This document shows, in pieces, positions 1 to 64,000 of a DNA stretch of 64,000 bases. Both the position numbers and the translations under genes were made by a program. The notes beneath the pieces were generated by a model. That model was not told the DNA's origin. It saw nothing but the letters and a program-made list of their open reading frames with translations, and searched no databases. The stretch is from Longimicrobiaceae bacterium (GTDB taxonomy: Bacteria; Gemmatimonadota; Gemmatimonadetes; Longimicrobiales; Longimicrobiaceae): the NCBI GenBank assembly GCA_040509335.1, contig JBEVLE010000636.1, positions 3,164 through 67,163 of the forward strand. Reading direction: 5' to 3'. The first letter of the stretch is position 1. Every line of letters begins with the position of its first letter.

Positions 1-60
1 TCGTCGGCGCCCCGCGGAGGCGGCGGCTGCGGGCCCGGCCCTCCCGGCGGGGTATCGTGA

Positions 61-170
61 AGGGGGCCCCGGCTTGTATGTTTCGGTGCCGAAAGGGTCC
101 GTCTGGATTTCGTGTAATAAGGGACAGCAAGTGTAGGGTGCGGCGCTTGGTCTGGGTGTTGGAACGGGTT
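61..170 (+). promoter_or_regulatory. A/T-enriched island upstream of CDS1; probable promoter/operator region containing the palindrome TTTCGG-TG-CCGAAA
   Basis: Positions 71-130 are 30/60 G+C by direct count, against a much higher level elsewhere. A perfect 6-bp inverted repeat, TTTCGG/CCGAAA, is separated by 2 nt at 81-94. TGTAAT/TAATAA lies at 113-120. I could not pair a convincing -35 hexamer with it. Confidence 0.3.
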
Positions 171-406
171 CGGTGGGTCTAGAGGCCGGCATGCTCCCGT
201 GGTGCCTTCCGCACGACTCCGCGCGGCCGATGGTCCGGCGGAGAACACCCGGTGGGGATCCGCGCGTGGCTCGCCCACGCGCCGCGGTCCCGGACGGCGG
301 CGCCCGCGCGAGGCTTTGCCCCCGCGGCGCACCCGGTGCCCTGCCGCGAAGGAGCAGGCGCCCGCACCCGCACGCCGTTCCCGCAACCCCCCGGTCTTCG
401 CACCCG

Positions 407-16453
<16,047 letters not shown>

Positions 16454-16493
16454 CAGTCCGGAGCCATCGCCACATCCACGAGCATTGCCATTC

Positions 16494-19400
16494 ATGAGCC
16501 GAGACGCGACGGGCGGAGCAGGGAAGCTTCTCAGCGGACTGTCGCCCGAAAAGAGGCGGCTGCTCCTGCAGGACATGCTGCGCGACCGGAAGGCCGCCGG
16601 GGACCCGGACCGGATCCCCCGGCGGGACGCCCCCGGGCCCTCGCCGCTGTCGTTCGCGCAGCAGCGATTGTGGCTGGTGGACCGGCTGGAGCCCGGGAGC
16701 GCCGCCTACAACATGCCCTCCGCGCTGCGGCTGCGCGGGGTGCTGGACACGGCCGCCCTGCGTGCGACGCTCGGCGAGGTGGCGCGGCGGCACGAAGCGC
16801 TGCGGACGGTCTTCGAGGAGCGCGGCGGCACGCCCGTGCAGGTCGTCCGGCCGCCCGCCCCCGTGGCGCTGCCGGTGATCGACCTGCGGGCCCTCCCCCG
16901 CGCGGCGCGGGAGCGGCGGGCGCTCGCGCTCGCGGACGCCGAGGCGCTCGATCCCTTCGACCTCGTCCGCGGTCCGCTGCTGCGCGCCCTGCTGATCCGG
17001 CTGGACGACGAGGACCACGTGCTGTGCTTCACGCTGCACCACGTGGTCAGCGACGGGTGGAGCATGGGCGTGCTGGTGCGCGAGGTGTCCGCGATCTACG
17101 GCGCCCTGAGCCGGGGCCGGGAGCCGGAGCTGCCCGATCTCCCGGTGCAGTACGCCGACTACGCCGCGTGGCAGCGGAGCCGGCTCGGCGGAGACGCCCT
17201 GGAGGGGCAGCTGGCGTACTGGAGGGAGCGGCTGGCGGGCGCGCCGCGGCTCCTGGAGATCCCCACGGACCGCCCGCGGGCCGCGGGGCAGGGCGGGCGC
17301 GCGGGGAGCCATGCCTTCACCCTCCCCGCGGAGCTGTCGCGGGGGCTGCGGGAGCTCGCGCACCGCGAGGGCGCGACGCTCTTCATGGCGCTGCTCGCCG
17401 CCTGGCAGACGCTGCTGGGGCGCTACGCCGGACAGGACGACGTGGTCGTGGGGAGTCCGGCCGCGGGGCGGACGCAGCCGGAGACGGAGGGATTGATCGG
17501 CTTCTTCGTCAACCTGCTTGCGCTGCGCGGCGACCTGGGCGGGGATCCCACCTGGAGCGAGCTGCTGGGGCGGGCGCGGCAGGCGGCGCTGGGGGCGTAC
17601 GCGCACCAGGAGCTTCCCTTCGAGCGCCTGGTGGAAGAGCTGGCCGTGGAGCGCAGCCTCGCGCACGCGCCGCTCTTCCAGGTGGTCTTCGCCCTGGAGC
17701 AGGGCGCCGGGCCGGACGAGCGGCTGCGGCTGGGCGGCCTGGAGCCGGAGCGCTTCGGGGAGGGCGCCCGGGTCGCGCAGTTCGACCTCGACCTCACCAT
17801 GCAGGACTCCGGTGAAGCGCTGGGCGGGACGCTGGCCTACCGGAGCGCGCTGTTCGACGCGGCGACCATCGCGCGCATGGCGCGGCACCTGGAGGGGGTG
17901 GTCGGGGCCATGGTGGCCGACCCGCGGCGGCGCCTGTCGGAGTTGTCGCTGGTGAGCGGGGCGGAGCGGGAGCAGGTGCGGCACGCCTGGAACGCGACCG
18001 ATCGCGAGTTCCCGGCCGGGCGCTGCCTCCACGAGCTGGTCGCGGAGCAGGCGCGGCGCACCCCGGACGCGCCCGCCGTGGTCTTCGAGGGGCGCGGGAT
18101 CTCCCACGGCGAGCTGGACGCGCGGGCAAACCGGCTGGCGCACGGCCTCCGCCGGCGGGGCGTGGGGCCCGAGGTGCGGGTGGGGGTCGGCGTGGACAGG
18201 GGGCCGGAGCTGGCGGTGGCGCTCCTGGCCGTGCTCAGGGCCGGCGGCGCCTACGTGCCGCTGGACCCCGCCTATCCCGCCGAGCGCATCGCCCACGTGC
18301 TCCGCGACTCCGGCGCCGCCCTGCTGCTGACGCAGGAGCACCTGGCCGGGCGCATCTCCGCGGACGGGATCCCCACCGTGGCCCTGGAAGCGCTCCGGCG
18401 GGAGACCGCGGACGGACCGGCGCACGCCCCGGCAAGCGGGGTGGGCCCACAGAACCTGGCGTACGTCATCTACACCTCCGGCTCCACGGGCATGCCCAAG
18501 GGGGCCGCCGTCCCGCACCGCGCGGTCGTCAACTTCGCCGCCGACATGGCCCAGCGCCTGGAGCTCCGGGCGGGCGACCGCTTCCTCCAGTTCGCCTCGC
18601 CGGGCTTCGACGTGGTGGTGGAGGAGATCTTCCCCGCCTGGCTCGCCGGCGCCGCCGTGGTGTTTTCGCGCGAGGAGCTGTTCGCGCCCGAGACCCTGCT
18701 GCGCGTGGTCGCCGCCGAGGGAGTCACCGTGCTGGAGCTGCCCACGGCCTACTGGCACGAGTGGGTGCGCGAGCTGGCGCGGCGGCGGCAGCGGCTTCCC
18801 GGGTGCGTGCGCATGGTCCTGGTGGGGGGCGAGCGGCTCGCCGCCGAGCGGCTGCGCGAGTGGGCGGAGCTGCGCACGGCGCTGGTGCACGTGTTCGGGC
18901 TGACGGAGACCGCCTGCACCTCGACCACGCTGCACCTGGCGCCGGGCGAGGACGGGTCGCGCTGGAGCAACCTGCCCATCGGGCGGCCCACCGGGAACGC
19001 GCGCGTGTACGTGCTGGACCGGTGGGGGCAGCTGCTCCCCCCCGGCATCGCCGGTGAGCTGTTCATCGGCGGGGAGGGCGTGGGGCGCGGCTACCTGGGG
19101 CGGCCGGGATTGACGGCGGAGCGGTTCGTCCCGGACGCGCTCGGGGGCGAGCCCGGGGCGCGGCTGTATCGCACGGGAGACCGGGTGCGCTGGCTGGGCG
19201 ACGGCACGCTGGAGTTCCTGGGCCGCGTGGACCACCAGGTCAAGGTGCGCGGCTTCCGGATCGAGCCGGGCGAGGTGGAGGCGGCGCTGCTGGCGCACCC
19301 GGCGGTGCGCGAGGCGGTGGTGACGGTGCGGGAGGACGTGCCGGGTGAGAAGCGGCTGGTGGGCTACGTGGCCGCGGAGGAGGGGGCGGAGCTTGCGGGC

Positions 19401-22400
19401 GCGGAGCTGCGGGCGCACCTGGCCGCGCGGGTGCCGGAGCACCTGGTGCCGGGGGCGTTCGTGGTCCTGGCGAGCCTGCCGCTGACCCTCAACGGCAAGG
19501 TGGACCGGGCGGCGCTGCCGGCGCCGGAGCACGCGGGGGAAGCGGCGTACGCGGCGCCGCGTACGGCGACGGAGGAGGTGCTGGCGGGGATCTGGGAGGA
19601 AGTGCTGGGGGTGGAGCGGGTGGGGGTGCAGGCGAGCTTCTTCGAGCTGGGGGGCCACTCGCTGCTGGCCACGCAGGTGGTTTCCCGGTCACGTGGGGCG
19701 TTCGGGGTGGAGGTGCCGCTGCGCGCCCTGTTCGAGGCGCCCACGGTGGCCGGGCTCGCGGGCCGCATCGACGCGCTGCGGAGCGAGGGCGCCCCGCCGG
19801 CGCCGCCGATCGAGCGGGTGCCGCGGACGGGATCGCTGCCGCTCTCCTTCGCGCAGCAGCGGCTGTGGCTGGTGGACCGGATGGAGCCGGGGAGCGCCGC
19901 CTACAACGTGCCCATCGCGCTGCGGCTGCGCGGTGAGCTGGACGTGGCGGCGCTGCGGGCGAGCCTGGACGCGCTGACCCGGCGGCACGAGACGCTGCGC
20001 ACCACCTTCGCCGAGCGCGGCGGCGCGCCGGTGCAGGTGGTCCATCCGCCCGCCCCGGTCCCGCTGCCCGTCGTGGACCTGGGCCGGCTCCCCGCCGGGG
20101 CGCGGGAGCGGCTCGCCGAGCGGCTGGCGAGGGCGGAGGCCATGCGGCCGTTCGACCTGGCGCGGGGACCGCTGGTGCGGAGCACGCTGCTCCCCCTGGG
20201 CGGCGGGGACCACGCGCTGTTCTTCACGCTCCACCACGTCGTCAGCGACGAGTGGAGCATGGAGGTGCTGGTGCGCGAGGTTTCCGCCCTGTACGCCGCC
20301 TCCGCCCGCGGCGCGGACGCGCATCTCCCCGGGCTGCCGGTGCAGTACGCCGACTTCGCGACCTGGCAGCGCGGATGGCTCTCCGGTGAAGTGCTGGACG
20401 AGCAGATCGGTTTCTGGAAGGAACAGCTGGCCGGGGCGCCGCCGCTGCTGGAGCTCCCCGTGGACCGTCCCCGCGCGGGGGCGCCGGGGGATCCGCGCGC
20501 CGCCGGCCACGCGTTCGCGCTGGACGCGGAGGTGTCGCGGGGATTGCGGGCGCTGGCGCGGCGCGAGGGGGCCACGCTGTTCATGACGCTGCTGGCCGCC
20601 TGGCAGGCCCTGCTGGGGCGCTGGGCGGGCGAGGAGGACGTGGTGGTGGGCACCCCGGTCGCGGGGCGGACGCGGGCCGAGACGGAGGGGCTGATCGGCT
20701 TTTTCGTCAACATGCTGGCGCTGCGCGGCGACCTGTCCGGGGATCCCACCTGGAGCGAGCTGCTGGGGCGGACGCGGGAAACCGCGCTGGGGGCGTACGC
20801 GCACCAGGAGCTCCCCTTCGAGCGCCTGGTGGAGGTGCTGGGCGTGGAGCGCAGCCTCGCGCACTCGCCCGTCTTCCAGGCGGTCTTCGCCCTGAACCGG
20901 CCCGCCGGGCGCGGCGCGCGGCTGTCGCTGGGCGACGTGGAGCTGGCGCCGCTCGGGGCGGGAGCGGAGGTCGTCCGCTTCGACGTGAGCCTGGCGATGA
21001 CGGACGGGGAGGACGGGCTGGGCGGGACCCTGGTCTACCGCGAAGCCCTCTTCGAGGCGGCGACCGTGGCGCGCATGGCCGGGCACCTGGAGGCGGTGCT
21101 GGAGGCGATGGCGGCGCGGCCCGGGGAGCGCGTCCGGGAGGTGCAGCTGCTGCGCGGCGCCGAGCGCGCGCAGGTGCTGGAAGCCTGGAACGCCACCGCG
21201 GCGGACGTCCCCGGGGAGTGCGTGCACGAGATGTTCGCCGCGCAGGCGGCCCGCACCCCCGCGGCCGTGGCGGTCCGCTCCGCCGGGGGGACGCTCACCT
21301 ACGCCGAGCTGGAGCGCCGCTCCGGCCGGCTGGCGCGCCACCTCCGTCGCCGCGGCGTCGGGCCGGAGACCACGGTGGGGGTGCTCCTGGAGCGCTCGGC
21401 GGAGATGGTCGTCGGCGTGCTCGGCATCCTCCGGGCCGGGGGCGCCTACCTCCCCCTGGACCCGCACCACCCCCCCGAGCGCCTGCGCCGCCTGCTGGCG
21501 GAGGCGGGCGCGCCGGTGCTGCTGACGCAGGCGAGCCTTGCCGAGCGGGTGGAGGGGTGCCCGTGCGCCCTGGTCCGCGTGGACGCGGACGCCTCCGCGA
21601 TCGCCGGCGAGCCCGAGGGGGCGCCCGCGGTCCGGGTGGAGGCGCGGGGCGCCGCCTACGTGATCCACACCTCGGGCTCCACGGGCACGCCCCGGGGAGT
21701 GGTCGTGGAGCACGGCGGCCTGGCCAACTACCTCCGGTTCTTCGACCGCGAGGTGCTGGGCGCGGAGGGCTTCGCGCTGCCGCTGGTGTCGCGGCTCGCC
21801 TTCGACGCGCACGTGCGGCAGCTCTTCCCGCCGCTGCTGCGCGGCGAGGCGGTGTGGGTGCTGCCGGAAGCGACGGCCATGGACCCGGCGGCGCTGCTGG
21901 AGGCGCTGTCGGGGGAGGAGCGGGTGTCGTTCGGGGGGGTGCCGTCGCTGTGGAGCGCGATGCTGGAGCGGGTGGAGCGGGGCGAGGCCGCGGCGCCGCG
22001 CGGGCTGGTGGCGGTGCTGCTGGGGGGGGAGGCGCTGCCGGAGGAGCTGGCGCGGCGGACGCGCGCGGCCTTTCCGGGGGTGGCGGTCTGGAACCACTAC
22101 GGCCCCACGGAAGCCACGGTCAACACCACCGTGGCGCGCATGGACGGGGCGGCGCGCCCGAGCCTGGGGCGCCCCATCGCCAACGTGCGCGCGTACGTGC
22201 TGGACGCGCGGGGGGAGCCCTCGCCGCTGGGGGCGCCGGGGGAGCTGTACGTGGGCGGGGCGGGGGTGGCGCGCGGGTACCTGGGGCGGCCGGGACTCAC
22301 GGCGGAGCGGTTCGTCCCGGACGCGCTCGGCGGCGGGGCGGGCGCGCGGCTGTACCGCACGGGCGACCGGGTGCGCTGGCTGGCCTCCGGCGAGCTGGAG

Positions 22401-23057
22401 TTCCTGGGCCGCATCGACCAGCAGCTCAAGATCCGCGGGTTCCGCGTGGAGCCGGGGGAGATCGAGGCGGCGCTGCGGACGCACGAGCGGGTGCGGGAGG
22501 CGGCCGTGCTCCTGCGCGAGGACGTGCCCGGCCAGCCGCGGCTGGTGGCGTACGTGGCCGGCGGAGCGGGGACGCAGCTGGCGCCGGCGGAATTGCGTGG
22601 CCGCCTGGAGGAGCTACGCCGGCACGTGGCGGAGCGGCTGCCGGAGTACATGGTGCCGGCCGCATTCGTGGCGCTGGAAAGCATCCCGAAGACCTCCGGC
22701 GGCAAGGTGGACCGGCGGGCGCTCCCGGCCCCGGAGTGGACGGACCAGGAGGAGGAGCACGTGGCGCCGCGGACGGTGGTGGAGGAGCTGGTCGCCGGGA
22801 TCTGGGCGGAGGTGCTGGGGACGGAGCGGGTGGGGGTGACGGCGAGCTTCTTCGCGCTGGGGGGGCACTCGCTGCTGGCGACGCAGGTGGTCTCGCGGCT
22901 GGGAGAAACGTTCGGCGTCGAGGTGCCGCTGCGGACGCTGTTCGAGATGCCCACCGTGGAAGCGCTGTCCCGGGTCGTGGAGGACAGGCTGCTCGGCGCC
23001 CTGGACCCCGGCCGGGTGGCGGAGCACCTGGAGCGGCTGGAGCCCGACGCGTCCTGA
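16494..23057 (+). CDS. NRPS, two modules: N-docking-(C-A-T)-(C-A-T)-C-docking tail
   Basis: Same frame as track ORF 15756..23057. The part upstream of ATG 16494 overlaps CDS1 and translates to low-complexity sequence. From MSRDATGGAGKLLSGLSPEKRRLLLQDMLRDRK onward there is an N-terminal docking-like helix followed by C, A and T motifs twice. Stop TGA 23055-23057. The gap to the CDS1 stop is 40 nt. Confidence 0.92.
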   Translation: MSRDATGGAGKLLSGLSPEKRRLLLQDMLRDRKAAGDPDRIPRRDAPGPSPLSFAQQRLWLVDRLEPGSAAYNMPSALRLRGVLDTAALRATLGEVARRHEALRTVFEERGGTPVQVVRPPAPVALPVIDLRALPRAARERRALALADAEALDPFDLVRGPLLRALLIRLDDEDHVLCFTLHHVVSDGWSMGVLVREVSAIYGALSRGREPELPDLPVQYADYAAWQRSRLGGDALEGQLAYWRERLAGAPRLLEIPTDRPRAAGQGGRAGSHAFTLPAELSRGLRELAHREGATLFMALLAAWQTLLGRYAGQDDVVVGSPAAGRTQPETEGLIGFFVNLLALRGDLGGDPTWSELLGRARQAALGAYAHQELPFERLVEELAVERSLAHAPLFQVVFALEQGAGPDERLRLGGLEPERFGEGARVAQFDLDLTMQDSGEALGGTLAYRSALFDAATIARMARHLEGVVGAMVADPRRRLSELSLVSGAEREQVRHAWNATDREFPAGRCLHELVAEQARRTPDAPAVVFEGRGISHGELDARANRLAHGLRRRGVGPEVRVGVGVDRGPELAVALLAVLRAGGAYVPLDPAYPAERIAHVLRDSGAALLLTQEHLAGRISADGIPTVALEALRRETADGPAHAPASGVGPQNLAYVIYTSGSTGMPKGAAVPHRAVVNFAADMAQRLELRAGDRFLQFASPGFDVVVEEIFPAWLAGAAVVFSREELFAPETLLRVVAAEGVTVLELPTAYWHEWVRELARRRQRLPGCVRMVLVGGERLAAERLREWAELRTALVHVFGLTETACTSTTLHLAPGEDGSRWSNLPIGRPTGNARVYVLDRWGQLLPPGIAGELFIGGEGVGRGYLGRPGLTAERFVPDALGGEPGARLYRTGDRVRWLGDGTLEFLGRVDHQVKVRGFRIEPGEVEAALLAHPAVREAVVTVREDVPGEKRLVGYVAAEEGAELAGAELRAHLAARVPEHLVPGAFVVLASLPLTLNGKVDRAALPAPEHAGEAAYAAPRTATEEVLAGIWEEVLGVERVGVQASFFELGGHSLLATQVVSRSRGAFGVEVPLRALFEAPTVAGLAGRIDALRSEGAPPAPPIERVPRTGSLPLSFAQQRLWLVDRMEPGSAAYNVPIALRLRGELDVAALRASLDALTRRHETLRTTFAERGGAPVQVVHPPAPVPLPVVDLGRLPAGARERLAERLARAEAMRPFDLARGPLVRSTLLPLGGGDHALFFTLHHVVSDEWSMEVLVREVSALYAASARGADAHLPGLPVQYADFATWQRGWLSGEVLDEQIGFWKEQLAGAPPLLELPVDRPRAGAPGDPRAAGHAFALDAEVSRGLRALARREGATLFMTLLAAWQALLGRWAGEEDVVVGTPVAGRTRAETEGLIGFFVNMLALRGDLSGDPTWSELLGRTRETALGAYAHQELPFERLVEVLGVERSLAHSPVFQAVFALNRPAGRGARLSLGDVELAPLGAGAEVVRFDVSLAMTDGEDGLGGTLVYREALFEAATVARMAGHLEAVLEAMAARPGERVREVQLLRGAERAQVLEAWNATAADVPGECVHEMFAAQAARTPAAVAVRSAGGTLTYAELERRSGRLARHLRRRGVGPETTVGVLLERSAEMVVGVLGILRAGGAYLPLDPHHPPERLRRLLAEAGAPVLLTQASLAERVEGCPCALVRVDADASAIAGEPEGAPAVRVEARGAAYVIHTSGSTGTPRGVVVEHGGLANYLRFFDREVLGAEGFALPLVSRLAFDAHVRQLFPPLLRGEAVWVLPEATAMDPAALLEALSGEERVSFGGVPSLWSAMLERVERGEAAAPRGLVAVLLGGEALPEELARRTRAAFPGVAVWNHYGPTEATVNTTVARMDGAARPSLGRPIANVRAYVLDARGEPSPLGAPGELYVGGAGVARGYLGRPGLTAERFVPDALGGGAGARLYRTGDRVRWLASGELEFLGRIDQQLKIRGFRVEPGEIEAALRTHERVREAAVLLREDVPGQPRLVAYVAGGAGTQLAPAELRGRLEELRRHVAERLPEYMVPAAFVALESIPKTSGGKVDRRALPAPEWTDQEEEHVAPRTVVEELVAGIWAEVLGTERVGVTASFFALGGHSLLATQVVSRLGETFGVEVPLRTLFEMPTVEALSRVVEDRLLGALDPGRVAEHLERLEPDAS
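16644..19800 (+). other. CDS2 module 1 (line module 5): C-A-T
   Basis: C: PLSFAQQRLWLV from 16644; HHVVSDG 17037-17057. A: [16 protein letters not shown] from 18456; PGFDVVVEEIF; VFGLTETACTST. T: FFELGGHS, Ser codon 19659-19661. Confidence 0.85.
19836..23010 (+). other. CDS2 module 2 (line module 6): C(variant His motif)-A(atypical family)-T
   Basis: C: LPLSFAQQRLWLV from 19836; HHVVSDE 20232-20252. A: [16 protein letters not shown] from 21651; FDAHVRQLF 21801-21827; NHYGPTEATVNTT. T: FFALGGHS, Ser codon 22869-22871. Confidence 0.82.
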
Positions 23058-23091
23058 AGTTGAGATCCGCATTTCATCGACATAGCCGCAC

Positions 23092-46176
<23,085 letters not shown>

Positions 46177-46192
46177 GGGCGGCCGTGTCCGG

Positions 46193-46225
46193 TTGACGCG
46201 CCCGCGGGGGGCGTTAAAATTGACG
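46193..46225 (+). promoter_or_regulatory. Sigma70-like promoter candidate in the CDS3-CDS4 gap
   Basis: TTGACG at 46193-46198, a 16-nt spacer, then TAAAAT at 46215-46220. This is the only A/T-rich patch in the 89-nt gap. A second TTGACG at 46220-46225 overlaps the end of the -10 hexamer. The predicted start would leave a leader of roughly 35-40 nt before ATG 46266. Confidence 0.4.
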
Positions 46226-46265
46226 GGAATCATGTGGCCGTCCGACCCCCGACGCCCCGATCACC

Positions 46266-64000
<17,735 letters not shown>

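Noticed and set aside
1-60. Possible 3' end of an upstream + strand gene, ending at TGA 58-60.
   Set aside because: Frame 1 is open with a high third-position G+C, but 19 Gly/Pro-rich codons are too few to call a gene or a product.
173-406. N-terminal extension of CDS1 from GTG 173, or from ATG 191 or 230.
   Set aside because: The 78 extra residues are R/P-rich with no FAAL similarity. ATG 407 gives a canonical-length FAAL N-terminus. An upstream start cannot be excluded without experimental data.
23058-23091. Promoter or terminator in the CDS2-CDS3 gap (TTGAGA at 23062) and in the CDS1-CDS2 gap.
   Set aside because: There is no acceptable -10 hexamer at the right spacing and no hairpin with a T-tract. 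The gaps of 34 and 40 nt fit co-transcription.
46199-46220. Intrinsic terminator after CDS3 (CGCCC/GGGCG stem followed by TTAAAATT).
   Set aside because: A 5-bp stem with a mixed A/T tail is weak. The same nucleotides form the spacer and -10 of the better-supported promoter candidate. I keep it only as an alternative in the corresponding finding.

Overview
Very high-G+C window (coding parts look above 70 % G+C by eye) filled almost entirely by four co-directional + strand megasynthase genes. I found no convincing minus-strand gene, RNA gene, transposase or CRISPR array.

CDS1 (407-16453) is FAAL-ACP-(C-A-T)x4, and its third A domain is interrupted by an N-methyltransferase. CDS2 (16494-23057) is (C-A-T)x2 with docking tails. 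CDS3 (23092-46176) is (C-A-T)x3, then KS-AT-T, then (C-A-T)x3, then TE. CDS4 (46266 to beyond 64000) is a further NRPS that opens with an A-T loading module. CDS4 is absent from the supplied ORF track because it has no stop in the window; the track's 46193..60151 ORF is an off-frame shadow.

The layout implies two head-to-tail assembly lines:
- A complete collinear line from FAAL to TE: a fatty acyl starter, 12 amino acids and one malonate unit, with Gly-type A domains at positions 1 and 9 and the C2 extension directly after Gly-9.
- A second line starting at 46266 behind a sigma70-like promoter, with at least 6 A domains in the window.

No epimerisation domain is present anywhere.

The most unusual signal is small-scale. 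Five of the 18 A domains carry short repeat elements inserted in frame in the variable stretch immediately upstream of core motif A3. There are three families: a leader plus four 7-nt units (three copies), a palindromic C-rich/G-rich hairpin element (two copies), and an 8-nt tandem array (one copy). Each multi-copy family is read in the same frame in every copy, although all three frames are open. This resembles the in-frame palindromic elements of Rickettsia, and the repeat units are not multiples of three, so unit gain or loss would frameshift a megasynthase of more than 5000 aa.

The window also shows clean, indel-free recombination blocks: an A-core copy shared by CDS1 and CDS3, and a T-C didomain duplicated at an offset of exactly 3150 bp inside CDS3.

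All domain calls come from motifs read in the translations. Substrate, taxon and product statements are inference.
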